From the NCBI GenBank assembly GCA_030295235.1, contig AP026141.1:496001-560000 (forward strand): a DNA stretch of 64,000 nucleotides, given 5' to 3'. How positions within the stretch are numbered: position 1 is the first letter of the stretch; each line of letters opens with the position of its first letter. Source of the DNA: Fistulifera solaris (Eukaryota). Positions 24,533 to 36,138 of the stretch are shown piece by piece. The position numbers were made by a program, and so were the translations under genes. A model generated the notes under the pieces. That model did no database searches. It was given only the letters and a program-made list of their open reading frames with translations, and was not told the origin of the DNA.

Positions 24533-25378
24533 GTATGCGTCCTATTTTGTGTTTTTTGAAAAGAATTTTCAGCGAGAGATGTCTCTGTATCATTTTGATT
24601 GAACGATATTATAATTTGCAATAATATCTACTTTGTTTGTGTCTTTGATAGCAGCATTATAGTTTTTTCATCGAGGACCATGCACCGCATGCATGCATGC
24701 TGAGAGGCGTTAGTTGTTTCGTTAATAGCGTCTTATTGCTGGTACGACTTACATCCACAGTAACAGTGTCCAGTATACCACTCCTCCGTGAATTTTGGCA
24801 TACCTTGCGGCGACGACGATGAACGACCATAATAAAGGCGCGCATAGAACCATTAATACTCATCGCAAGAGATCATGAACGCAAGTTGTTGCTATTATGA
24901 TTACAGTATGCTGGAAATTAATGAGAAAGTCATGACAGCCATCATTGTGAGACAAGTAGCCGTCATTGGAAAGGATCGAAAGAATGAACTGGAAGCTGAT
25001 GTCCACAAAGTTCCGCCTCTTTTCTCTTTCTGCTCGAGTTTGTTTCGCTTTTTTCTTCTTGTCGACCTCTCTAGAAGATTATCAAGTGGTCGGTGCTGGT
25101 AATAATTGAAGAGGTGGTAGCTATTTCGCCACGATTTGCAACGAAGCAAACACCGCAACGAGTGTCGACGGATCGTTGATGCTGCGTGTTCGCGGAGCAC
25201 GCAAGCAAAATTAGGACACTACTCTTATTCTTTCTCAAGAGTAGATGTCACGGAGCGCGTGAAAATGGACGTGAGATAGGAATGACAAAATGCAGACGGC
25301 TGGATCGGAAGGATCACGATTAGCTCCTTTTTGGATGACTCCGGGCTACTCATCAGCAAAGATATTTTTTGCCGTTTC

Positions 25379-25595
25379 TCTCCTCATGCTGCATTCTCCT
25401 TTATCCGATGGTATCAACTCATCGTACGCATGGCTCTTTTTCCGTTGCTTCTTTGCATCCCGGCATTTCACAGCGGGGATCGGCAAAACAAGTTGAATAT
25501 CATCGGAAGATACCCGGCATCTTCACGTTGATGAGCACATGAGCAACGACAATTTTTTCTTTTCTCCTCATGCTGCAATCTCCTATATCCGATGG
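25379..25595. repeat. Imperfect 33-bp direct repeat pair
   Basis: TCTCCTCATGCTGCA(T/A)TCTCCT(T/A)TATCCGATGG at 25379-25411 and 25563-25595, with 2 mismatches. Confidence 0.75.
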
Positions 25596-26130
25596 CCTTT
25601 GATAATTTAAAGCACGGCTTTCTTTCTCCTCTTTCTCCACAACTCGACAATTCACCGGCGAGTTTCAGCAAAAACATGTGGAATTCATCGGAGGAGATCC
25701 GTTGGCGGCGCTTTCCTGCCACCGTGCGGGCCTCGCTCATTGTATCTTGCGCCGTTAATTCCTTTCGCCAAATAAGGGAGCACTCCATGAAAAGGCCACT
25801 TGCAACTTTTGAAAGGACGCATGATGCATAATCAATAATCAGTAAGGTTAAGAGTCGTCAGGCGTACGTGGCCTCTCAGAGACTATAGCAGATGATGTAC
25901 ATTCCGCACGACTGATTCCAGCCCCGCAGCCAAACGGCTTCATCCTGGTACTTTTTTTGTACGGGAGAGATGTGTGGGTCTGACTTCTCTTTAAGACCTC
26001 GTGAGCTCGAGAAATTTTTTCCTTTCGGCGTTGATGGGCTTTTGGGCTCATAAATCAGCGAGAAGTCCGCTGCGTTCGACTTGTCATTGCTGTTGCCGAG
26101 CTTTCTGCAAATCGATCATGTTTCCTTTCC

Positions 26131-29100
26131 ATGCCGAAGACACCGAAAAATGTCCATGTGAGGGTGCATGGCCGCCACCTCGAAGAGGAGGCAGAAGCTC
26201 CGAAAGAAACGTGGGAAATCGTCTTTGCTTCGATTGTCATCATTCTCATGTTTGTCGGTCTCGTACTCGAACGCATTGGGGCGGATCATGTCATGTTGAT
26301 CACCATGACTATGTTTATGGTTACTGAGATCATTACCGTAAAAGAAGGCCTCGCGGGCTTTTCGAACAGCGGTGTAATCACTGTAATGATTCTCTTTGTT
26401 GTTGCCGAAGGTATCTCGAAGACTGGTGCTCTCGATTGGTACATGTCCAAGTTGTTGGGTGCTCCGAAGAGCATTGCGAGCGCCCAACTTCGCATTCTGA
26501 TTCCCATTACCTTTGTGAGTGCGTTCCTGAACAACACTCCGATTGTGGTAGTGATGCTTCCTGTTGTCCTTCAGTGGGCCAAAAACAACCGGCTTCCCCG
26601 ACAGCAGCTGCTCATTCCCTTGTCTTTCGCTGCCATCTTCGGTGGTACGTGCACTTTGATCGGTACCTCGACGAACTTGGTGGTGTCCGGTTTGGTGGAA
26701 GAACGATACGGTGATACGGTCAAGATCGAGCTCTTTGATGTGGGTGAATTTGGTGTGCCTCTTGCCTTGATCGGTATTGCCTACGTGTTACTTTTCAGTC
26801 CCTGGCTTCTTCCGGGTGAGATCGAACAGGAGGAGGAAGCAATTCTTCTGGGTGCCCGAGTAACCCCGTGGTCTCCGGCTGCGGGACGAACGGTGCAACG
26901 AAGTGGATTACGCGAGACAGGCGGCATCTACTTGGTCAGTGTCCTTCGTGCGGAGACCGGAAACGTCCACCGTGCCGTATCGAGAGACTTTGTGTTGAAT
27001 GCCGGTGATACGCTTTACTTTACCGGACTCGTCGAATCGTTCGGTGACTTTTGCGAGGAACATGCTCTTGAAATCCTCACGAATGAAACAGAGAATGACA
27101 CCAGCGCCGTCTCCGCGGATGTGACAAACCTTCAAGTCGGAAGTACCAAGGAGTCGTTGTTGAATGTCGACGAAGGTGAACGCTTGCGAAACATTCACCG
27201 GTTGACAGATTTGATTCGTGGGGCGAAAGGATCTGATACGGATATGCTTGGTGCTCCGCCCAGCATTGTCGTGAGCATGGATGAAGAAGTCGTGGTTGTC
27301 GGTGTGAATACACCCGATCGTCCAGGATTGATGCTCGACATCTCCAAAACTTTGCTTAAACTTGGTCTTGAGCTGCATCACACGGAGGCAGCGGTCCACG
27401 GCACTCGTTCTTTGTCCATTTGGCGTACCGAAACCATTCAGTCCGAAGATCTTCCAGATTTAGAGAAGATCTGGAGTGTTTTGAACGCGTTACTATCTAC
27501 CGACGGTGGTGCTACTAAGCAGAGGGGTTTGCGAGTGCTTCGCGCCCAGATTCGAAAGGGTTCTCGCTTGGAGGGAAAGACGGCTTCTGAGGTTGACTTC
27601 CACAAGCTCTACAAGGCTGCCCTGGTGGTCGTCCCCAAGAGTCAATTGAAAGAAGGAGACGTCGTTGTGTTGCAAGCCAAGGAAGGTTCTCCTTTGCTTC
27701 TCGAGCCTCCCGCCGACTTCTACAAGCAGCTCGACGACAAGAACGTCTCGAAGTCGTTGTTGAAAAGCTTGGTATCGGGCCGTTCCAGTCGTACCGACAG
27801 TGAGGCCGCGTCGGCTTCCCATGAGAGTGACATTGAAGATGCCGCCGGCGTGGAAGGAGCTTGGAAAGATTTGCAGGTTGTAACGCCACGGGCTGAAGAG
27901 GGACTGGAGTTTTTGACGGCCATGGCCGTGGCTGAGAAGTCAGGCCTTGTTGGAAAGTCTGCCAACCAGCATGGCATCACGCGACTTCCCTCTGTTTATC
28001 TTGTCAGCATTGATCGCCCCACCCCTGCAGGAACCGGCCAGTTGACGATGCAAGGTGGCAAGTCTGGCTTGGACAAGGCTCTCTCTGACTTCGACAAAAG
28101 CGACCATCATGTTTCGTCGATCGCAATCACCCGAGACGACCCGCTTCAAGTTGGTGATATTCTTTGGTTCAGTGGAAGCGCATCGGCGGTTGGTGACTTG
28201 CGCAAGATCCCCGGATTGCGTTCTTTCGAGAGCGAGGAAGTCAGCAAGATCGAAGATACGGTTTTCGATCGTCGTTTGGTGCAGGCCGTTGTCGCTCGAA
28301 GTGGCGCGTTGGTGGGCCACACGGTCAAGGAAGCTCGTTTCCGCTCGCGCTACGGAGCTGCCGTCATTGCTGTTGACCGCGAAGGAAAGCGAATTCACGA
28401 CCATCCGGGTCAAATCAAGTTGCATGCTGGTGATGTGTTGCTCCTTGAAGCTGGTCCAACTTTCTTTTCCAAGTCTGCTGAGCATGATCGGTCGTTTGCC
28501 CTGTTGGCCGAGGTTGAAGATTCGGCTCCTCCTCGTCTAAGCTTGATAATTCCGGCCGTGTTGATTGTTGTGACCATGTTGGCAGTGTACACAGCAGAGC
28601 TCATCGATTTGGTTGTGGGTGGTCTTCTTGCTTCGTTCTTGATGGTGGCGATTGGATGCTTATCGGAACAAGAAGCACGCGACTCAATCCACTGGGATAT
28701 CTACGTGATCATCGGATCTGCTTTCGGCATCGGTTCTGGTATGTTGAATTCTGGTCTTGCTGATATCGTTGCAGACTTTCTTGTCGACGTTGGCAAAGCG
28801 ATCAGCCTTGGTGAAGCAGGATTGGTAGCCGCCATCATGTTGGCGGCATTTTTGATCAGTAGTATTTTGACGAATAACGCAGCAGCTGCTTTGCTGTTTC
28901 CCATTGCCATGAATGTTGCCGAAAGCGCCGGTATTGATCTGAAGCTGATGAGTTTCGCTCTCATGTTGAGCGCTTCTGACTACATGACGCCATACGGATA
29001 TCAAACCAACTTGTTGGTTTATGGACCCGGAGGATACACGTTTGGTGACTTTGTGCGCTTTGGTATTCCTTTGCAACTGTTGTTGTGGATTTGCGGTGCT

Positions 29101-29253
29101 TTGTTCTTGACGGTGTTTGACTGGTACATCAGCTGGATTGGAAGTGCGGTGGTACTTGCCGCTGTCATGGCTTTTCGACTATTGGGCGACGCTTCGACTT
29201 CTCGCTCCAATCAGAGTCGACGCAACAGCTTAAATCATCAGGTGTTCCAGTAG
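26131..29253 (+). CDS. SLC13-family Na+/sulfate cotransporter (SLT/SAC1-like) with TrkA-C domains and an ACT-like insert
   Basis: SAFLNNTPIV, GGTCTLIGTSTNLVV, repeated TrkA-C segments, LTNNAAAAL and TPYGYQTNLLVYGPGGY; intronless, 1040 aa. Confidence 0.92.
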   Translation: MPKTPKNVHVRVHGRHLEEEAEAPKETWEIVFASIVIILMFVGLVLERIGADHVMLITMTMFMVTEIITVKEGLAGFSNSGVITVMILFVVAEGISKTGALDWYMSKLLGAPKSIASAQLRILIPITFVSAFLNNTPIVVVMLPVVLQWAKNNRLPRQQLLIPLSFAAIFGGTCTLIGTSTNLVVSGLVEERYGDTVKIELFDVGEFGVPLALIGIAYVLLFSPWLLPGEIEQEEEAILLGARVTPWSPAAGRTVQRSGLRETGGIYLVSVLRAETGNVHRAVSRDFVLNAGDTLYFTGLVESFGDFCEEHALEILTNETENDTSAVSADVTNLQVGSTKESLLNVDEGERLRNIHRLTDLIRGAKGSDTDMLGAPPSIVVSMDEEVVVVGVNTPDRPGLMLDISKTLLKLGLELHHTEAAVHGTRSLSIWRTETIQSEDLPDLEKIWSVLNALLSTDGGATKQRGLRVLRAQIRKGSRLEGKTASEVDFHKLYKAALVVVPKSQLKEGDVVVLQAKEGSPLLLEPPADFYKQLDDKNVSKSLLKSLVSGRSSRTDSEAASASHESDIEDAAGVEGAWKDLQVVTPRAEEGLEFLTAMAVAEKSGLVGKSANQHGITRLPSVYLVSIDRPTPAGTGQLTMQGGKSGLDKALSDFDKSDHHVSSIAITRDDPLQVGDILWFSGSASAVGDLRKIPGLRSFESEEVSKIEDTVFDRRLVQAVVARSGALVGHTVKEARFRSRYGAAVIAVDREGKRIHDHPGQIKLHAGDVLLLEAGPTFFSKSAEHDRSFALLAEVEDSAPPRLSLIIPAVLIVVTMLAVYTAELIDLVVGGLLASFLMVAIGCLSEQEARDSIHWDIYVIIGSAFGIGSGMLNSGLADIVADFLVDVGKAISLGEAGLVAAIMLAAFLISSILTNNAAAALLFPIAMNVAESAGIDLKLMSFALMLSASDYMTPYGYQTNLLVYGPGGYTFGDFVRFGIPLQLLLWICGALFLTVFDWYISWIGSAVVLAAVMAFRLLGDASTSRSNQSRRNSLNHQVFQ

Positions 29254-29613
29254 GCAGGCTGAAGCATCTATAGTTTTGTAACGAGAACTAAGATTTGTGT
29301 CGTCGAATCTTGTCTTTTCCTTTAGCTTGGTAAGGAGGTTCTTTATGGTGAAAATAACTTGACTTGCTCTTTTTTTTGCGGGCTGTTGTGTCATTTCACT
29401 AGCTTGCTAGAGAATGCTTTCGCAGCGAAAGCTTTAACCTTAGTTGTTACTTTCGGTACAAATTTTAGAGGCGATGCGACGGTGCGACGATGACACTCTT
29501 GAAAAATCGGCCGCATTTTATCAATTCGCAACACAAGGAGGGAAAGGAAAACGCTATTTTATTTCTTACAAACGGGTTGTTTCATCATTAAAAGTCAAAG
29601 ACTTTCAAAAGGA

Positions 29614-30858
29614 ATGTGGCGAAACAATCTAGAAGAATCGTTCGCGCTCATTACGAATCATCCTTGGGCACAGCATCTCTCTGTCAGTCTATTGCTTGTG
29701 ATTTGCTTACATTACTATCATTCTTCGTCTTCTGTGCGAACAAGAAGACAGACAGATATTCCTGATGATCTTTTTTTGCGAGAAGAAGACGAGATACGGA
29801 AGAAACCGCGTCGTATCCCCGATAGTGAAGTAGTTCCGAAAGCAATCACTCGAAAGGTAGTTTCTCGCTTTCCCAATAATCAAGCCACAGCACCACAAAC
29901 GACGAGGACGATGGCGACTCAACAATCCTCATTGATCCCTGCCATCGATCCGCCGGCCTTTCGAACACCCTCCGTTCGCTTGTCCGCGTACTGGCACTGG
30001 CACGATACGGAAACCTCCCTCTTTCGTGTGTACGAAATCGCCCAACGAAATGGCAATACCTTTACGGCCATTCCACCGTTTACACCCAGCAGTCGCAGAG
30101 GAAACGTCCGGATTGCCTTGCGCGCCACGAACTTGTGCGCGACACCTGTGACAGTATACTGGATGGATTATCAAGGACGCGAAATGGGGAAGGGAGACAT
30201 CTTGCCTCGTGAAACGTGGCATCAAACGACGTGGATTGATCATCCGTGGGTGCTTCGACAACAATCAGGAGAACTCTTACTGTATTATGTCCCCTACCGT
30301 GTCATTCCGACGTGTGAGATGGTCCCGACCGTTGATCCGGATGACACTGTAGGCATACACCATTTTAGTATTGCTCCGCCTTTCGATACTTTGTATGCCT
30401 GCTTGATTCAAGACCCCGTTCTACCATTCCCCGCACAACAAGACTTGACCATGCCTGCCGCGGCTTTGCAGTGGGCTCTTATACATTGCACGCGGATGGG
30501 ATTTCGCGATTGGGAATTGTTGATGCAATGCGGCACCAAAATCATTCAACAACCCAACGAATCCAAATACCGATCCTTACGCCAAAGCAATCCACAGTTT
30601 GGGGCGCGATTGTGGAACACGACAGCACGAGGGGTTTTGTTGGCGGGTGGCTTTTATGAAAATGCCGGATACGTCCAATTTGGTGCTCATCATCCATTGG
30701 GTCGAGACGAAGTCCAAGAACTGTCCTTGTGGGTTTGGACGATTCAAAAGTGGATCGATCAACTCAGTGATAGTGTACTAGCACAGCCCATCGGGGCGGA
30801 TGGCTTTGGTCGAGCGGGGTATGGTCGTGCGGGACAAATGAACAGTCGTCAATTTTGA
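29614..30858 (+). CDS. Protein with a VHL beta-domain-like region and a C-terminal PUB-like domain
   Basis: NLCATPVTVYWMDYQGRE...QTTWIDHPWVLR (VHL-like) and KIIQQPNESKYRSLRQSNPQF...LLAGGF (PUB-like); hydrophobic N-terminal segment. Confidence 0.7.
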   Translation: MWRNNLEESFALITNHPWAQHLSVSLLLVICLHYYHSSSSVRTRRQTDIPDDLFLREEDEIRKKPRRIPDSEVVPKAITRKVVSRFPNNQATAPQTTRTMATQQSSLIPAIDPPAFRTPSVRLSAYWHWHDTETSLFRVYEIAQRNGNTFTAIPPFTPSSRRGNVRIALRATNLCATPVTVYWMDYQGREMGKGDILPRETWHQTTWIDHPWVLRQQSGELLLYYVPYRVIPTCEMVPTVDPDDTVGIHHFSIAPPFDTLYACLIQDPVLPFPAQQDLTMPAAALQWALIHCTRMGFRDWELLMQCGTKIIQQPNESKYRSLRQSNPQFGARLWNTTARGVLLAGGFYENAGYVQFGAHHPLGRDEVQELSLWVWTIQKWIDQLSDSVLAQPIGADGFGRAGYGRAGQMNSRQF

Positions 30859-31177
30859 AGGAAAGTATCTTTTCACATCATATAATCCATAATTTTGTTT
30901 CAACATGTTCTCCTTGAGAGTCTTTTTTCTATTCATTTCGCGCATCCATTACGAACAGTTCCATTTGCGATGTCATTGTGGACTAGACTCATGACATGTG
31001 CGATTTCTCCCTTACTTAAGTCCCCAATAGCCGTGACTCAAAGTTGCTCCGCGGCTCCGCGTATTTTTTGGAAAGAACTAACTTGCGACCGAACAAAAAA
31101 CGTCAGGTTCATTTTCCGTTTATTCATTCAATCTTCTTTCCTTGTTGCTGTCGATTTCCAACAAGGCTCTCGCAACA

Positions 31178-32236
31178 ATGATTTCACTCCTCTCAACAAT
31201 ACTGTCGTGGATATTGTGGCCCGCATTGATTTTGCTGGGAACAATGCTCTTGCTACTGGGCGTTTTGCCCTTTGCGTTGGCACTTTTTACGTCTTGCCGG
31301 CAAAACACTTACCACAATTACCGATCGGCATTGTATTCCGGTCGCGTGTGGCACACACGGTTCCAGCCCGTAGCACATTCGTTTACGTATCCCTTGTTTC
31401 TCTTTGGTTTGGACTTGGAGGAAGTCGAAGAATTGTTTTCGCACGTATTATGGCCTCTATCACTGATTATGAATTTTCGCCAAAAGGATCATTTGAAAAA
31501 TCAAGAAGGATTGTCTGCAACGTCAACAAAGAAAACCTTGAGTGAACGAATCTTGATACTCGTCGCGGAACGCACACAACAACGATTCAGGCCCACGAGA
31601 GAGACACATCGCATCCTGCTCTTTACCCATCTCGCGTATTATGGCTACTGCTTCAATCCGGTGTCCTTCTACTACATTCAAAACAAAACTTCCGGCAAGA
31701 CAGATGCCGTCGTGGGTGAAGTCTCCAATACACCATGGAATGAAATGCATTGTTATGTTTTGCACGAAGCGTCCGTCGATGATGTCGCGACGAGTGTGGT
31801 GTTGGGAACGAACACGTCGCAAATCAATTACGTTTTTCCAAAACAATTTCATGTTTCACCCTTTATGGAAATGTCCTACAAATACGATTGGACGTTTGCC
31901 GAGAAACTCGACACAACCGTGACCATCATCAACGAAATGCGGTCCCTCACCGACCATAATCAACTTTGTTTTCGAGCCAAGATGCAAGTCGAACGAAAAT
32001 CCCTGCATCCTTTGCAGCTAGCCTTGTATGTCACGACGTTTCCGATCTATTGTTTGATTATTCAACTCTGGATTCATTACGAAGCCTTCCGATTGTTCCT
32101 CAAAGGAGTTACCTTTCAACCTCATCCCGATGGAACCGAAACCTGGGCGTCACGAGCGATTGGGAACGCAATGCGTCCTTTGTTTGCGTTACAAGAATAT
32201 TACGATGCCTTTTCAAAGAAACCAAAAAAGGAATAA
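31178..32236 (+). CDS. DUF1365 family protein with N-terminal membrane anchor
   Basis: LYSGRVWHTRFQP..HSFTY, YGYCFNPVSFYY, EVSNTPWNE, KQFHVSPFM and IHYEAFRLFLKG..F.PHP. Confidence 0.88.
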   Translation: MISLLSTILSWILWPALILLGTMLLLLGVLPFALALFTSCRQNTYHNYRSALYSGRVWHTRFQPVAHSFTYPLFLFGLDLEEVEELFSHVLWPLSLIMNFRQKDHLKNQEGLSATSTKKTLSERILILVAERTQQRFRPTRETHRILLFTHLAYYGYCFNPVSFYYIQNKTSGKTDAVVGEVSNTPWNEMHCYVLHEASVDDVATSVVLGTNTSQINYVFPKQFHVSPFMEMSYKYDWTFAEKLDTTVTIINEMRSLTDHNQLCFRAKMQVERKSLHPLQLALYVTTFPIYCLIIQLWIHYEAFRLFLKGVTFQPHPDGTETWASRAIGNAMRPLFALQEYYDAFSKKPKKE

Positions 32237-32481
32237 AGTATAAGATTTTTTGTGATACTAAAGTTATGGTAGCACTTTTTCATAAAATAATAAAATTTTG
32301 CTTTACAATATAAAAATAATTTATCTATTCGAATAGAGCCTGTGGGGTCGTATCAAAGTGGAAATGATGTATGTAGGGCAAGGAGCGTGTAATCTATGGA
32401 AACAGCGGAGAATAGTCAAACAAGGCATCAAACAAAATCATCCTCGCGGCAGGTAGTAAACATCGCGACGACGAACCCGCA

Positions 32482-32679
32482 CTATTCCGACACCGAGAAA
32501 ACGTAAGACGACCAGGAAGACCAACCGCTATTCGACTGACTTGTTGTTGCCGGAGAATGTGCCAAAGTGACCGGAGGAGGCGCTTTCGGTGGGTGCTGCT
32601 GTTGTTGTGCCTGTTGTTGCCTCTTGTGCGCTCGTACGAGATCGTTACGATCGCGAATTAAGCCAATATTGCCGTACAT
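32482..32679 (-). CDS. Possible small Q/P-rich peptide
   Basis: 65-aa ORF starting CACCATG, encoding MYGNIGLIRDRNDLVRAH followed by a Q/P/S-rich tail; no family recognised. Confidence 0.3.
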   Translation of the reverse strand: MYGNIGLIRDRNDLVRAHKRQQQAQQQQHPPKAPPPVTLAHSPATTSQSNSGWSSWSSYVFSVSE

Positions 32680-33288
32680 GGTGATAAACTGCTAGTAAGG
32701 AGATTGTTGAAAGAATAACACAGACAATAATATCATAAAACAATCGATTCGTTGATGTATTTGTGTCGTAACAAGATTATTGTGACGAGCTCTTCGTCGT
32801 CGGCTGTTTGGATGTTTGGATCGGTTCGCTCGAATAAACTGACTGTAGCGCAGAGTGTACATCGGATTCTCTTGTCCGTGTCTCACAAACTTCCTTCCCG
32901 ATCGCGGCATTGGGGTGACTGGACATTCCGGGACTGAATGGCAGCCCGTGAAAATGCCACGAAACAGGACGTCTACATTCTTGCAGACAGTCTCTTCGGT
33001 GACATCCTGCTTCGGATGACGCTCGACTTACGAATGAAAATGCACCTCCTTATTTTGCGAACCATCGCAATCCAAACACGAACCGGCCCATAGCGGTGCA
33101 GGCGGCTATACAATTGCTAAGGTTTATAAATAGACTAGAGAGATGGAAAATGCAAGGACAAAATGATACTTGAGTATAGCATGAAAAATGATGACAAAAG
33201 AATGAAGTGAATACTAGCAATGTAACTTTAAAGATCTATAGTATTGTATATTTTACTGTATGAATCTATGGGAAACAATCTCTCCTCT

Positions 33289-34013
33289 CTAAGAGAAGAA
33301 GCCAATGTTGAGACGGGCCGTAGCTCTCGCCGGGTCGTCCTGTACACTCTCGGGGAGAATCGTCGTAGTCGCATGATTGGAAAAGAAATCAATGTTATCG
33401 CGCACCGACTCTTGCTTGCTTTGAAAGGCGTGCTTGTCTTGGAGCGCAAAGAAATCAATGTTGTCGCGAGCCCGCAAGCGGGCTTGAGTCATTGTGTCTG
33501 TTGTATCGTTAGGAACCGTCGTCGAAAAGAAGTCAATGTTGTCACGAGCTCGTTGGCGAGCGTTTGCGGGTGTCAAGTGATCGGGAATCCTGGTTCCTAC
33601 CGCATGACTGGAGAAGAAATCAATCTGATCGTGCAGATGAGGGACAGCACTTCGTTTCATTTCGGGCACGTTTCCCACTAAATCCTTATTGAACGAATAA
33701 CCAATGTGCTCACGGGCCCGCTGTCGTGCGTCATCGTGATGGTGAGTCCGCTGTTTGATGTACAAACGAAAGCTTTCCTCATCTTCGAAAATCAGTTGAT
33801 AGCCGTGTCCTTCTTTGCCGGGCATTTCAAGATCTTCGTAATTTCCCAAAAAGGCATCCGAAGGAGGAGGAAAGACGGTAGCGGCGTCTTTTTCGGCCAT
33901 TTCAAGATTCCCTTGCCCAAAGCAAGATTCGTTCGAGGAGGCTGTCGGGAAGGAGTGGAAAAGGCCTGACTTGTTGCCACGAAGGCAAAGAGGATGGGTA
34001 ATCGGAATGTCAT
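33289..34013 (-). CDS. Putative plastid-targeted repeat protein (RDNIDFFS repeats), frameshift at ~33915
   Basis: Presequence MTFRLPILFAFVATSQA|FSTPSR in ORF 33792..34013 joins ORF 33289..33900 after a 1-nt indel. About 6 copies of (ARxR)ARD(N/Q)IDFFS. Confidence 0.7.
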
Positions 34014-34504
34014 AATGGAGAGTTGGGATTCTATCTTACTGTTGCGTTTTATGAGAAGTCGTTGTTTTTATGGAAGAAAGGGGTCTAGATGATGATGATG
34101 ATTCGATATTCGTTCAATCATTCCGTGAGACGACGATCGGTGTCAAAAGAACAGCGACTTCATCTCGTTTTTGCATTTTCGTGAAAGTGTCAATGATGGA
34201 ATAAATCGAGTGTCGCAATGTGATGCGAACGGGTTCGGTTCTATTTCGGACCACAGACAGACGATCCCTCCGACGTGCACGACACGATTGGTTGGTGAGT
34301 GCAGAGTGTGACGTCTTTGATTTTTGAATGGCGACGATGATGAGAAAAAACGTTTTTGTGATGGAACCCTTTGGATCATTCCTATTCATTCATTCTCCTC
34401 TCTTTCATTTCTACCACCACAAGTATATTTATTACCACCTTTGTGTGTGCAACTCACAAGGAGAGCTTCAGCATTCGCTTTTTATTATTGCAACAACGGC
34501 AAGG

Positions 34505-36138
34505 ATGATACTACTTTCGAGAACACTCCTCCGAACGCCTGGGACGATCGCTGGAACGACTTTACTCTTCCCACAAAGAGCCTTGGCAACTTCCGCAACC
34601 AAGAAACCCCGCGTCGTCATTCTTGGATCGGGTTGGGCCGGAAATACATTGGCACGTCGACTCGACAAGCAAAAATACGATGTTCGGTTGATTAGTCCAG
34701 CGAATCATTTCTTGTTCACGTCCTTACTCCCTTCGACAGCCGTCGGGACGTTGGAATTCCGGGCCATTCAGGAGCCGGTTCGTACCATTGCCGGTCTCGG
34801 AGAATATTATCAAGCAAAAGCGTTGAGTTTGGGAGTCACCGAGGAAGGCAAAACCGTGGTGCACTGTGCCGATCTCTTCAAAGGACACGAATTCCCCGTC
34901 CGGTACGATTACTTGGTGGTAGCCGCCGGCAATAAGACCAATACGTTTCAAACACCCGGAATTGCAGAACGCGAAGGGAAGGAAGTTTTCTTTTTAAAGC
35001 ACCTGTATCATGCAAGACAAATTCGCAATCGAGTTTTGGAATGTTTCGAACGCGCCTCGAATCCCAACATTACCGATTTTGAACGCGATCGATTGCTGTC
35101 GTTTGTGATTGTTGGTGGGGGACCCACGAGTTGTGAATTTACGACGGAATTGTACGATTTTCTACAACAAGATGTCGTGCAGTGGTATCCCGATTTGATG
35201 CCGCACGTTCGAGTGACTTTGGTGGAAGCCGGACCAGGGTTGCTGGGTTCCTTTCATCAATCTTTGGCGGATTATTATCTAAAGAAATTGAAAGAAAAGA
35301 AAAATTGATGTGCGTTTGTCCATGGCGGTCATTGGAGTGGAACTCCGACCGTACGCCAAAGCGAATTCGACCAGTGACGAAAGTCCCAACAGCGATGTCA
35401 CGAACGACCCCAATCATCCCCACCGGTCATCGGCCTTGGGACAATATACTGTCGCGCAATTTGCCGATGGGACAGAATTACCCTTCGGCACGATGGTTTG
35501 GTCGGCCGGATTGGCACCGGTCCGATTCGTGAAAGATGCGGGCTTTCAATTGCAACGTGGACGGATCGTCGTGGATGAATACTTGCGTGTCCCGGACCAC
35601 GAAAATGTCTTTGCGTTGGGGGATTGTGCCGCCCTGGTAAGTGGTCCTTTACCACCCACGGCATCGGTCGCAGAGCAGCAAGCGTATTATTTGGGCGATT
35701 GTTTCAACAAGTATTACTACGAAGCGGCCACTCGAAAAGAACCGTTGCCACTCCCCGGTCCTGTCGCACCCGCTCTCATGCCGTGGAAGTTACTCGAATT
35801 TCTCAATCCCATTTTGTGCAAATCGCAGCCCGAATTTACGTACAAGAATCGTGGAATGATGGCAGGCATGGGTACGTTCAATGAGATGCTATTTTTTGTC
35901 ATGAAACTCTTGGATATAAATGCTGACGTGTTGCGTGGTTATAGGCTTTGGCGGTGGTGTCACCGATTTGACCAACACCGACTTACCGTCCCCCAAGACG
36001 ACCATGTCCGGTACAGCGGCGTTTGTGACATGGAGAACAACTTACCTGACGAAACAATTGAGTTGGAAAAATATGATGCTGATTCCCATGTACTGGTTCA
36101 AAGCCATGGTTTTTGGAAGGGACATTAGTCGCTTTTAA
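34505..36138 (+). CDS. Type II (alternative) NAD(P)H dehydrogenase, probably mitochondrial; poly-A frameshift at ~35303; intron 35872-35944
   Basis: [75 protein letters not shown] and FGRDISRF. Confidence 0.92.

Noticed and set aside
35290..35310. Programmed ribosomal frameshifting at poly-A/T sites (also 49845 and 53566)
   Set aside because: Similar indels occur in many unrelated genes, so sequencing error is the simpler explanation.
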